Shown here: positions 1 to 9,058 of the stretch, one piece after another
How the letters are laid out: each line of letters begins with the position of its first letter
How positions within the stretch are numbered: position 1 is the stretch's first letter
DNA from: a candidate division FCPU426 bacterium
GTDB taxonomy: Bacteria > Oederibacteriota > Muellerivitia > Muellerivitales > Muellerivitaceae
Direction: 5' to 3'
Assembly: GCA_963771075.1 (NCBI GenBank)
Contig: CAVYSE010000028.1
Span: 128,001-192,000 of the forward strand
DNA: 64,000 nt
Notes under the pieces: model-generated
Databases searched by the model: none
Seen by the model: only the letters and a program-made list of their open reading frames with translations
What the model was told of the DNA's origin: nothing
Program-made: the position numbers and the translations under genes

Positions 1-1264
1 CCAGGTGGATCGGTTCATTCCCCACCTCATAATACCGGTCAAAAAGCACCTCCCCGGTCGGCAGTCCGAGGGACTCGGAGGTTTTGGGGGCCACTGAGGG
101 AATACTCAAAAAATGATGCTTGGACATCATGGATTTGATGTTCCCGCCTAAAATATTCACCATTTCTTTCAACGCGTCCTCGGAAAGCTCGGCGGGTACG
201 AGACCCTTTCCATCTCCGAACAAATAACTCGCCGAATCGGCGGCGGTTTTATCCGTGACCGTCAGGCGGACCATTAGGTTTCGGGCCCCGAGGATCCGGA
301 TATAAGCTGAGATTAAGGACGTGCCGGCGCGGAACCCTTTTTTGCCCGTCCCGATCGGGGTCTTTCCCATCATCGTGGCCCAAAGATCCAGCAGGAACCG
401 GTCGATCGCCTCCAGATTCAGGGCTCCTTCCACCGACACCGCTTGGCGCACATGGTAACCCACGACCTGATCGCCGTAAGGCAGGCTGTTCAGGCTGCCT
501 CCCAGAAAAAGCGCGGTCTCCGAAGACCCCAAAAACAGAATGCCCACCGCGCCAAGGGATTCCCGGCAGCGGGTCAGGACGCTTTTCTTCATGTCCGTCT
601 CGAAATAGATCATGACGTTGCGCATCAGGAGAAGGTCGACCGGTTTCTCCTCCAGCCACTTTTCTTTCAGGTTGATGTTCCTGAATTCCACGCTGAGCCG
701 AATTTCATCTTTTACTCGATAGTTGGAACCTACAGGCTCCATATAACGTTCCAGGTACTGGGGCGGGAGGCCGCGCCGGCTTTCCACGCCGTTATAAATC
801 CCGGATCGGGCTTGTTCGAGGACGGTCTTGGAAAAATCGCTGGCGATGATCCGAAAGTCCCAGTCCATCAAATAGGGGAACTTGTCATGGATCATCATGG
901 CCAGGCTGTATGGCTCCTGCCCGGTCGAGCAGGCGGCGCTCCAAAGGGTCAGGGATTTCGAATCTTTTTTGCGATGGACGATCTCCGGCAAGACCCGGCT
1001 TTCGAGAATCTGGAAAAAGGCCGGATCCCTGAAAAAATAGGTTTCTCCCGGCACCAAAGACTCCACTACCTTTTGGGAGAGGCTTCCCTGCGGATCCTTC
1101 TCGATGGTTCGCATCAGATCCTGCATAGAGGAAACTCCCCAGGTTTCCAGGTTCGGTTCCACCAGGGACAAGAGCAGATCATCCCGGTCGTTTTCCAGAT
1201 TGACCCCGCATTGAGCCAGGACCAACTGCCGAAGAGTCTCAAAAAAAGAGGTCTGAACGCTCAT
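1..1264 (-). CDS. cheR: CheR chemotaxis methyltransferase fused in frame to a C-terminal CheX-like phosphatase domain (runs off the window edge)
   Basis: Hand translation from the ATG at 1264 (ATGA overlap with the cheB stop) shows no stop down to base 1. CheR motifs GETYFFRD, WSAACSTGQEPYS and MRNVMIYF are followed after ~AVSVEGA by the CheX-like DALKEMVNILGGNIK...LSIPSV. Absent from the ORF track because there is no stop in the window. Confidence 0.85.
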   Translation of the reverse strand, partial: MSVQTSFFETLRQLVLAQCGVNLENDRDDLLLSLVEPNLETWGVSSMQDLMRTIEKDPQGSLSQKVVESLVPGETYFFRDPAFFQILESRVLPEIVHRKKDSKSLTLWSAACSTGQEPYSLAMMIHDKFPYLMDWDFRIIASDFSKTVLEQARSGIYNGVESRRGLPPQYLERYMEPVGSNYRVKDEIRLSVEFRNINLKEKWLEEKPVDLLLMRNVMIYFETDMKKSVLTRCRESLGAVGILFLGSSETALFLGGSLNSLPYGDQVVGYHVRQAVSVEGALNLEAIDRFLLDLWATMMGKTPIGTGKKGFRAGTSLISAYIRILGARNLMVRLTVTDKTAADSASYLFGDGKGLVPAELSEDALKEMVNILGGNIKSMMSKHHFLSIPSVAPKTSESLGLPTGEVLFDRYYEVGNEPIHL

Positions 1265-2331
1265 GGTTTCTTTCCCTGTGGAACAGCGTGGTATCCCTCG
1301 ACCCAAACCGCTTCCGCAATCTCCGCCGCGATCGACCCGACGTCCAGAACCTTGTCGGCCAAGCGGGCTTTCGCCACCACTCCTGGCATGCCCCAAACCA
1401 CGCTGGAAGCCTCATTCTGGACCAGGATGGAAGCCCCTTGGGCCCTCAATTTTTCCGCACCCCTAAACCCGTCTTGGCCCATGCCGGTCAAGACCACCGC
1501 CAAGGCATTGGGTCCCATCACCTTGGCGGCGGACTCAAAAAGCACGTCCACCGAAGGCCGGCATGAATTGACCGCGGGCCCCTGGTTCAAGGCGATTCGA
1601 ACGCCTTCCGGGGACGGCCGCAGCTCCATGTGATGGTCGCCCGGAGCCAATCGGACCATGGGACCCTCCAGCCGTTCCCCATCCCGCGCTTCGCGGACAT
1701 CCAATCCTGTTTGGTGGGCCAACCGAAGCGCCAGGGTTTCGGTGAATAACGGGGGAAGGTGTTGGACGATCAAGATGGGCACTTTCCAGGGGGAGGGAAG
1801 CCCGCCCAATACCGTCAAGAGCGCGGCGGGCCCCCCCGTGGAGGATCCAATGAGTACCGCTTCGGGCCTGGACTTGCGTGGGAGCTTCATCTCTAAGGAC
1901 CCGGCCGTGAATCCTTCGGGGGATCGCTTCAACAGGGCCTTCATTTTGGGGATCAGGCTTTGCCGGATCTTATCCAGAGCCTCCTCCCGGCTGCCGCTTC
2001 CCTCGGGTTTTTCCTCGTAATCCTGGGCTCCCAGCAAGAGGGCTTCCACCGTGGTCTGGGCTCCCAATTTCGTAAGGCTGGAATACATCACCACGAGCAG
2101 GCGGGGATACAGGGACCTTATTTGCTTGAGGGTTTGCAAACCGTCCATTTCGGGCATCTCGACGTCCAGCAACACCAGGTCGGGATGGAACAGGGGTATG
2201 ATTTCCAGGGCTTTCCGGCCGTCCGGAGCCGTGCCCACGACGGTGAGCTCCGGGTCCTCATCCAGGACCCGGACTAGGGTCTGCCGGACAACCACCGAAT
2301 CGTCGACCAGCAGCAATCGGGCCTTAGCCAT
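1261..2331 (-). CDS. cheB: Chemotaxis response regulator protein-glutamate methylesterase
   Basis: N-terminal receiver (LVDDS, LLDVEMP) plus methylesterase motifs GSSTGGP, VQHLP, RPSVDVLF, LTGMGQDG. Confidence 0.97.
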   Translation of the reverse strand: MAKARLLLVDDSVVVRQTLVRVLDEDPELTVVGTAPDGRKALEIIPLFHPDLVLLDVEMPEMDGLQTLKQIRSLYPRLLVVMYSSLTKLGAQTTVEALLLGAQDYEEKPEGSGSREEALDKIRQSLIPKMKALLKRSPEGFTAGSLEMKLPRKSRPEAVLIGSSTGGPAALLTVLGGLPSPWKVPILIVQHLPPLFTETLALRLAHQTGLDVREARDGERLEGPMVRLAPGDHHMELRPSPEGVRIALNQGPAVNSCRPSVDVLFESAAKVMGPNALAVVLTGMGQDGFRGAEKLRAQGASILVQNEASSVVWGMPGVVAKARLADKVLDVGSIAAEIAEAVWVEGYHAVPQGKKP

Positions 2332-2710
2332 GGGGTCCTTCCCCGAGGAGTCCGATCAACTCCAGCTTCTTTTTAAGCACATCCTTCGTGAAAGGCTTGG
2401 TCACATACTCGTCGGCGCCGGCATCGAACATTTTTTCCATGTTCTGCGCCTGGGCCTCGCTGGAAACCACCACCAGGCGGATCTTCCGGTACTCCGGGCG
2501 CGAGCGTACGGCCATAATGAATTCATACCCGTTCATCTCCGGCATATTCCAATCCACCAGGACCAGGTCCAACGCTCCGGACTTGCCCAGCAGGTCCATG
2601 CCCTCCAGTCCGTTTCCCGCTTCCTGGACCTCAAACCCCAGTTCGCCCATGATCTTCTTGAGGATCATGCGCATGGCCTTGGAATCATCCATAATCAAAA
2701 CTGATTTCAT
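2324..2710 (-). CDS. cheY: Single-domain response regulator CheY
   Basis: 128-aa receiver: IMDDS, LVDWNMP, YVTKPF; lies within the che operon. Confidence 0.93.
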   Translation of the reverse strand: MKSVLIMDDSKAMRMILKKIMGELGFEVQEAGNGLEGMDLLGKSGALDLVLVDWNMPEMNGYEFIMAVRSRPEYRKIRLVVVSSEAQAQNMEKMFDAGADEYVTKPFTKDVLKKKLELIGLLGEGPHG

Positions 2711-2755
2711 CTTTTCCGTTCCTCTTGTTGGACTTGGAAAAATCCCTTTTTCGGT

Positions 2756-4261
2756 TTAAACCTTGAACTGGCCCACCAGGGCCTGAAGGTCGGAGGCGGT
2801 CCGGTAGAGGTCCTTCGCCGCGGCCTGGATATCGGTCGCGCCCTTGGAGGTACTCTTGGTGGCCTGGGCCACCCCCGAGATGTTCCCCGCGATCTCGGTG
2901 GAACCCCGGGCCGCCTCCGCCAGGTTTCGGCTCATTTCGGTGGTGGTGGCCGCCTGTTCCTCCACCGCGCTGGCGATGGTCGTGGAGATGTCGTTGATCT
3001 TGGAAATGATCTCACTGATCTTGCCGATGGCCTCCACAGAAACATGGGTGCTGTTGCGAATGGACTGGACGCGTTTCTCGATGTCCTCGGTGGAACGCGC
3101 CGTTTCCTTGGCCAATTCCTTGATCTCATTGGCGACGACGGCGAATCCACGCCCTGCTTCACCGGCCCTCGCCGCCTCAATGGTGGCGTTCAAGGCCAGC
3201 AGGTTCGTCTGCTCATTGATCGAAGTGATCACCTTCAAGACTTCGCCTATTTCGGCGCTGGCCTGGCCCAGCTGTGTCACGTGGGAATTGGCGTCCTTGG
3301 CGATCCGCACCGCGGACACGGCCACCTGGGCGGCTTCGCTGGAGTTTTGGGCGATTTCCTTGATGCTGGAGGACATGCCCTGGGTGGCCGAGGACACCAC
3401 CTGCAGGTTCTGGCTCACCTGGCGGGCTCCGGCGGAAACCGCGTTGGCCTGGGAGGAAGTCTCCTGGGCGGCCACCCCCACCACGGTCGCGGTCTCGGTC
3501 AGCTGGCCGGAGGAGGCCAAAAGGGAGCGGCCCGTTTCCACGAAGGATTGGACCAGCCTCTGCATCCTCTCCGCGAAAAGGTTAAAGGCCCCCGCGATCT
3601 CGCCCAACTCGTCCTTCGAATCCAACTCCAGGCGCTTGGTCAAATCACCCTCTCCCCGGGCGATATCCTTTAACCGGTTGAGGAGTTGGTAAAGGGGGAC
3701 CGTCAGCTGTTTTTGAAGCGTGGAAGCCACTAGGTATGAAATCAACATGGACAGGAGCCAAACCGCGACCGTTAATCCGAGGAACCGGTAGAAGCGGGCG
3801 CTCATATCGGCCATGTCCGACTCCAGGAAGAGGGTCCCGGATTTTTCCCCGGCCATTTGAATGGAGTGGAAATATCGGATCGTGTTCCCCTTAAACTCAA
3901 ACCCCTCGTTCCCCAAAGGCGGCAGGGTCGCCTGGCTATCCTGTTTGGCGGACCGGTAACTGGCGAAGGTATTGCCTTTGGAGTCGTAGAGGCATGCGGT
4001 CAGGATGTGGGGGTTGCCCTTGAGGGTCGCCAGTAAATCGCCCGCGGTCTTGGTGTCATTGAAGGCCAGGGCCGCAGTGCTGTTGTCCCCGATCACCTGG
4101 GCAAGATTCTCCAGATTCTGTTCCATGACGGTCGGGTAGGTCACCCTTTCCAGCAAAATGAAGGCCAGGCAGGCGGTCACCAGCGACACCGAAGCCGTGA
4201 CGGTGGTGATGAACATGATCTTGCGGGCAATCCCCATGTCTTTGAAATTAATAGTGAGCAT
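2756..4261 (-). CDS. Methyl-accepting chemotaxis protein with YfiN-like (CHASE8-type) periplasmic sensor and HAMP domain
   Basis: Two TM segments flank [17 protein letters not shown]...[18 protein letters not shown] (GDLTKRL...[11 protein letters not shown]); signalling hairpin [35 protein letters not shown]. Confidence 0.93.
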   Translation of the reverse strand: MLTINFKDMGIARKIMFITTVTASVSLVTACLAFILLERVTYPTVMEQNLENLAQVIGDNSTAALAFNDTKTAGDLLATLKGNPHILTACLYDSKGNTFASYRSAKQDSQATLPPLGNEGFEFKGNTIRYFHSIQMAGEKSGTLFLESDMADMSARFYRFLGLTVAVWLLSMLISYLVASTLQKQLTVPLYQLLNRLKDIARGEGDLTKRLELDSKDELGEIAGAFNLFAERMQRLVQSFVETGRSLLASSGQLTETATVVGVAAQETSSQANAVSAGARQVSQNLQVVSSATQGMSSSIKEIAQNSSEAAQVAVSAVRIAKDANSHVTQLGQASAEIGEVLKVITSINEQTNLLALNATIEAARAGEAGRGFAVVANEIKELAKETARSTEDIEKRVQSIRNSTHVSVEAIGKISEIISKINDISTTIASAVEEQAATTTEMSRNLAEAARGSTEIAGNISGVAQATKSTSKGATDIQAAAKDLYRTASDLQALVGQFKV

Positions 4262-4346
4262 TCTTTTACCCCCAGCCGATTCTGTGACGATGTCGATTAC
4301 AGGTCAATGTCCGTTTCCCCGGAAGGAATTCCAGGAAGTGTAGCAC

Positions 4347-4937
4347 TCAATTACCTTCATATATTTTACATATTTGCAACAATTTAGAGCTTATCGAAAG
4401 ACCCGCCTTCTTGGCGGCCCCCACGTTTACCATCAGGGAAATTTTCGATCCCACCATATCAAAGAGAATATCCCCGCCTTTGAAAGGAAAGTTCTCGATC
4501 TCCGACACCGTCAAGACGCTGGAACCTTTTAATCCCGCGAGGATGGTTGAAACCCGGTCCTTTTCGCTGTAGCAAATGAAAAGAATTTGGCACTTTTTAA
4601 GGGAAGCCGCAGTACCCGCCCCAAATGCGGCGAAACGCTTGAGCTTGATGGGATGACCCCCGGCCTTTTTGCCATTGACGGCTGAATCCAGGACATCCCC
4701 AAAGGGATCCTCTCCCAATACTCCGATCACCAGGGGAGCGCCCGCCCCCGGCATGGCATCGGGAGGCCAGGTCACGAAATTGGCGAATTGGTAGAGGGCT
4801 GCCGCCTTGACGGAGTATTCGGAAAAATTGGCCTTGGCCGGGATACCCCCGGCCAGGAGCGCGAGAGATCCGATCGCCATCATGAAGGCTTTCCGCTTTT
4901 TTGAAAAAGTTAACTTTTTCAAGAGTCCCTCTTTCAC
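4347..4937 (-). CDS. yfiR: YfiR family (DUF4154) periplasmic regulator
   Basis: Signal peptide, then EYSVKAAALYQFANFVTWP, IGVLGEDPFG, CQILFI, LTVSE and GLSISSKLL, the YfiR family pattern. Confidence 0.9.
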   Translation of the reverse strand: MKEGLLKKLTFSKKRKAFMMAIGSLALLAGGIPAKANFSEYSVKAAALYQFANFVTWPPDAMPGAGAPLVIGVLGEDPFGDVLDSAVNGKKAGGHPIKLKRFAAFGAGTAASLKKCQILFICYSEKDRVSTILAGLKGSSVLTVSEIENFPFKGGDILFDMVGSKISLMVNVGAAKKAGLSISSKLLQICKIYEGN

Positions 4938-6088
4938 GAAACGCTTAATAGTTCACCACCACTTGGCCATAAACCCGCGGGACAATCTGGGTAGGATTGA
5001 CCCCAATGGTTTGAATGGTTTCAGAATGAGTGCCCTCCAGGTCCATCCCCCACAATCCCAGGGTGAGCTCTTCATCAACCTTCAAGGTCGATCCCACATT
5101 CACCCGGGTGTAGGGAGAGAGGGTGGGGAGAGCAGGGCTCAAATTGTTATCAGTCTGAAATGTGGCGTCTACCCAATAGCAATCCCCATTCAGTTTCCAA
5201 CCCGGCAAGGCTTCCCAACTGACCCGGCCACTGACGATATTGTGGGGAGGGGTGGCCCCCAATTCGGAGTTGGAGGAATTCACCATAGCTTGGTCATAGT
5301 CCTCGTAGGTGTAAGCCAGGGCGAATTGGAACGTCTTCACCGGGTTCCATTTAGCGCTCAATTCACCACCCCAAATATCCCCGGAGCCGTTGTTTTGCGC
5401 TTGATAAATGGGAATTTGATTAGGAGCCAATGTATTGCTGATAGTTCCCCCGGCTGGAGAATCGAAGGTTCCCGTCACCCACTCAAAAGACACCAGTTGG
5501 GAATAGCTGTTATAGAAACCAGCCAAATCTAATGAAAATTCCTTCGTTAAGTTGGCGCGATAGCCCAACTCGTAGGCCGTTAAAACCTCGGATTGTAAAT
5601 TGGAGTTAGGTATCAAAGCTACGTAATCCCCCGGGATCGGGGACTCGGTGACATAAATATCCGACGATTCCAAAGCCTGGGAGGGAATCCTCACCGCCCG
5701 GGATACCGCCCCCCAGAGGGTGTCTTTCGAATCCGGGGTAAAGAGAATACGTCCCGAGGGCTGCCATTCCCAACCCGTGTAGGAGTTGTTCTCAGCTTTG
5801 ATCCCGCCCGTCACGTAAAGCAGGTCCGGCGCCAGGGTGAAACGATCCTGGAGGAAAACATTGTAGATGTTGAGGCTCTGGTTCGACGGGGTGTAATACC
5901 AGTAGACGGGATTCAGGAACTGGTCGGAATAATTGCGGAAACCGCCCCCCCAAGTGATCTCGTTCCAATCGTTCAAATGGAACCGATGCTGCCCCTCGGC
6001 GTCGAACTGGCCCAGATTGGTGATGGTAGGTGCTATATACCCGCTGATGGGTGTTTGCTGGCTTTGGTTATCATAACTGTAGTAAACC

Positions 6089-7501
6089 CACTCTTGTCCT
6101 AAATAAAGGACTAAAAAAAGACACCTCCGACTGAAGTAGAATTGGGTTAGTCGACAAGCCCAAAGCGACGGTTACCAGCCGTCGCTACTTCAAACATCCG
6201 GAGGCGTATTTCGATGGTACCACCAACCAGTCTTTTTGCCCAAGTGTTGAAAATTGTGGATCGCACGGCTTTTGAACGAATTGTGCGGGAGTTTGAAGCC
6301 GAAAAACACGCCAAGGGGTTCAGTTGCTGGAATCAGTTTGTTTCCATGCTTTTCTGCCAGATGGGAGCCGCCCATTCCTTGAGGGAAATCTGTGGTGGCC
6401 TCCACACGGCCCTTGGGAAATTGACCCATTTGGGTCTTTGCGAAGCACCCACTAAATCCACCTTGGCTTACGCTAACGCCAACCGTCCTTGGCAGGTTCA
6501 GCAAAGTCTTTTCTACCATCTGCTATCGAAGTGTCAGCTACAGGCGGCCATCTCGAAGAGGAAATTCAAGTTCAAGAATCCCCTCTACAGCCTGGACTCC
6601 AGCACCATTGATCTTTGTTTGTCAGTCTTCGACTGGGCAAAGTTCCGTAGGACCAAAGGGGCCATCAAACTCCATCTCTTGCTGGATCATCAGGGATACT
6701 TGCCCTGCTGGGGACTCGTAACGGAGGGAGGCGTGCATGACGTGAAAGTGGCTCAAAAGCTGGATTTTCCGGTGGATTCAATCGTAGTGATGGATCGGGG
6801 ATATGTGGATTTCTTTCTTCTGGCCCGATGGACGTTCCAAGGCGTGTGGTGGGTGACCCGTGCCAAGATCAACATGGCCTACGAGGTGGTGAAGAACCTG
6901 CCGGTTCCGAAAACGGGCAACGTCCTGAAGGACCAAGTGATACGGTTAACAACGTTTCGGTCACAGGAAGCCTACCCGAAAGAGATGCGACGAGTGGTGG
7001 TATGGGACGAAGACCAGAAGCGGGAACTCGTATTCCTTACCAACCACATGGGTTTTGCTGCCTCGACGGTGGCGGCCATCTACAAGGAACGTTGGCAGAT
7101 CGAGTTGTTCTTCAAGGCTCTCAAGCAGAACTTACGGGTGAAGACTTTCGTAGGGACCACTGAGAATGCTGTTCAGACGCAGATTTGGACAGCATTGATT
7201 GCCATGCTGCTGTTGAAATTCCTTCAACTGAAGAGCCATATCGCCTGGAGCCTGTCCCACTTGGCGGCCATGCTGCGGATGAATCTATTGACCTACCGCG
7301 ATTTGTGGGCTTGGTTGGATGCACCATTCCTGGTGGCGAGATTGGAACCGGCGGAAAAACAGATGGAATTAATACCCTCGTGATTTGGACAGCATCCGGA
7401 CGAAAGGGGGGGGCTTATCCCTGGAAATTCACAAACCTGTCCAAAATCGCTTGTTTTTCTTGGGGGGCAGCGGTCAGATTGAGTTGTTTAGGATAGCAGT
7501 G
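6089..7501 (+). mobile_element. IS4-family insertion sequence, 1413 bp
   Basis: Imperfect terminal IRs CACTCTTGTCCTAAATAA / TTGTTTAGGATAGCAGTG (14/18), flanked by a 9-bp direct repeat TAGTAAACC at 6080-6088 and 7502-7510. Confidence 0.93.
6214..7383 (+). CDS. IS4-family DDE transposase (DUF4372-type N-terminus)
   Basis: SLDSSTI, VVMDRGY and the IS4 Y-R-E-K signature YKERWQIELFFK; intact 389-aa ORF inside the IRs. Confidence 0.95.
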   Translation: MVPPTSLFAQVLKIVDRTAFERIVREFEAEKHAKGFSCWNQFVSMLFCQMGAAHSLREICGGLHTALGKLTHLGLCEAPTKSTLAYANANRPWQVQQSLFYHLLSKCQLQAAISKRKFKFKNPLYSLDSSTIDLCLSVFDWAKFRRTKGAIKLHLLLDHQGYLPCWGLVTEGGVHDVKVAQKLDFPVDSIVVMDRGYVDFFLLARWTFQGVWWVTRAKINMAYEVVKNLPVPKTGNVLKDQVIRLTTFRSQEAYPKEMRRVVVWDEDQKRELVFLTNHMGFAASTVAAIYKERWQIELFFKALKQNLRVKTFVGTTENAVQTQIWTALIAMLLLKFLQLKSHIAWSLSHLAAMLRMNLLTYRDLWAWLDAPFLVARLEPAEKQMELIPS

Positions 7502-8605
7502 TAGTAAACCAACGCCTGAATTTGCGAATCGTCTTTGAAACTTCTGGTCCATTGCCCTTGTAAATAAGCGTTTTGATCCACAGAGGTGTTTTGATCCATA
7601 AGCGGTTGACTATTGGCAATATTCCATAAGGGAAGGGAAATAGTGGCTATCTGAAGGTAACTAAAATATCCTTTTTGCGCTCCCCCCTGGATATTCAGGT
7701 CATTGCCTTCCTCTCCATGGTAATCCAACCGGAAACTTGCCCGGCCGTCGTTCCATCCGTCGTTCCACAGGCTTCCGTTGCTATCCTCGTTGTATTCTTG
7801 GAAAGGCTGATAATAGGAGGCATGTGCATCGATTTTATAAAAAAGGCTGTCGCCCAAACTGCCTCCATAGCGAGCCGTTTGGACGCTATCCATGGGAAGA
7901 CCCTGGGCTTGTGCCACGGCCGTTCCAGTGGAATAAACGGGCATCCCCTCCGAGGTCGAAAGGTATAACCCCTGGGCCGTTTTGGCGTCCTTGGTGATGA
8001 TGTTAATCACGCCGTTGATAGCGTTGGAGCCCCAAAGTGCGCCTCCGGGCCCTCGAATCACTTCGATGCGGTCTATCTCTTCCAGTGGGATATCCAATTC
8101 ACTCCAATTCACCCCGCCTGTGATGGGTTGGTAAACGCTTCGGCCGTCGACCAGCACCAGCATCTTATCGTTGTATTGGTCGTCAAAACCCCTGGCGCTG
8201 ATGGCCCACTGGTTATTGTTTTGGCGGGCGACCTGGACACCGGGAACCATGGTCAGCAAGTCGGGGATCGAACGGGCCCCGCTTTGCTGGATGTCCTCCT
8301 GGGTGATGACGAAAATAGCCGAGGTGGCGTTCATCAGGGATTCGGCCTTCTTGGAGGAGGAGGTCACCACCACGTTCAACCCCATCAGGCTTTCCAAGCT
8401 GACCTGGGTCAGGTCCTGGGTGGGAGCGGGCGTCGCGGCGGCTGGCGCACCCTGGGGAGTGTCGGCCAAAGTGGCCACCGGCGTGGCCTGCTCCAGGGCT
8501 GGCTTCACGTCTTGCGCCGGGAGGAATCCTGTCTGGGCGAGGCTCAACAAGAAGCCCAGGACTGGGATTTTGATCCACAGAGATCTTTTCATAGCGCAAT
8601 CTCCT

Positions 8606-9058
8606 TTAACGATTATCCAACCGCAAGACTTCTTCCAACCGCAGGGCTAATACCAATCCCCCGCCCCACGGGCAGGCTCCCCGAATGAGACGCCTCACTT
8701 GGGAGGGGACGGTCGAAGGCGGTTCCTGGAACCGCTCCGGGTCCATCTCCACCACATCTCCAAGCTCATCGACCATCAAACTGACCGGTTCCCCCGGCAT
8801 TTTTAATACCAGGTGGGCGGGACGGGAGGGCGTTTTCGTCCCTATGCCCAAGCGATGGTTCAAGCCGATAACGGTTAAAACCTGGCCCCGCAGGTTCATG
8901 AGGCCCTTTACTTCGGGGTGGGCCAGCGGCACCGACGTGACCGCCCCTCCCCGCACCACTTCAGCCACGTTCAAGGCCTCGATTCCAAAGGTCATGTCGC
9001 CCGCCTTAAAAAGACAGAAGGGTTGGGGTCCGTTCACGGGCATGCCGGGGGAGGTCAT
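8606..9058 (-). CDS. cheW: Chemotaxis coupling protein CheW
   Basis: VPLAHPEVKGLMNLRGQVLTVI and LMVDELGDVV; overlaps the cheA stop. Confidence 0.93.
   Translation of the reverse strand: MTSPGMPVNGPQPFCLFKAGDMTFGIEALNVAEVVRGGAVTSVPLAHPEVKGLMNLRGQVLTVIGLNHRLGIGTKTPSRPAHLVLKMPGEPVSLMVDELGDVVEMDPERFQEPPSTVPSQVRRLIRGACPWGGGLVLALRLEEVLRLDNR

Larger units (their letters stand above)
4945..8592 (-). pseudogene. TonB-dependent receptor interrupted by an IS4 insertion (5' part 7502-8592, 3' part 4945-6079)
   Basis: Plug motifs (VITQEDI, VPGVQV, LVLVDGR, IDRIEVIRGPGGALWGSNAINGVINIITK) and beta-barrel C-terminus (PRVYGQVVVNY). Removing the IS and one TSD copy rejoins ...QALVYY|SYDNQSQQ...HLNDWNEITW in frame (2226 nt, 741 aa). 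Confidence 0.93.

Noticed and set aside
443..1633. 396-aa plus-strand ORF
   Set aside because: Antisense shadow of cheR/cheB, in register with cheR codons; no recognisable motifs.
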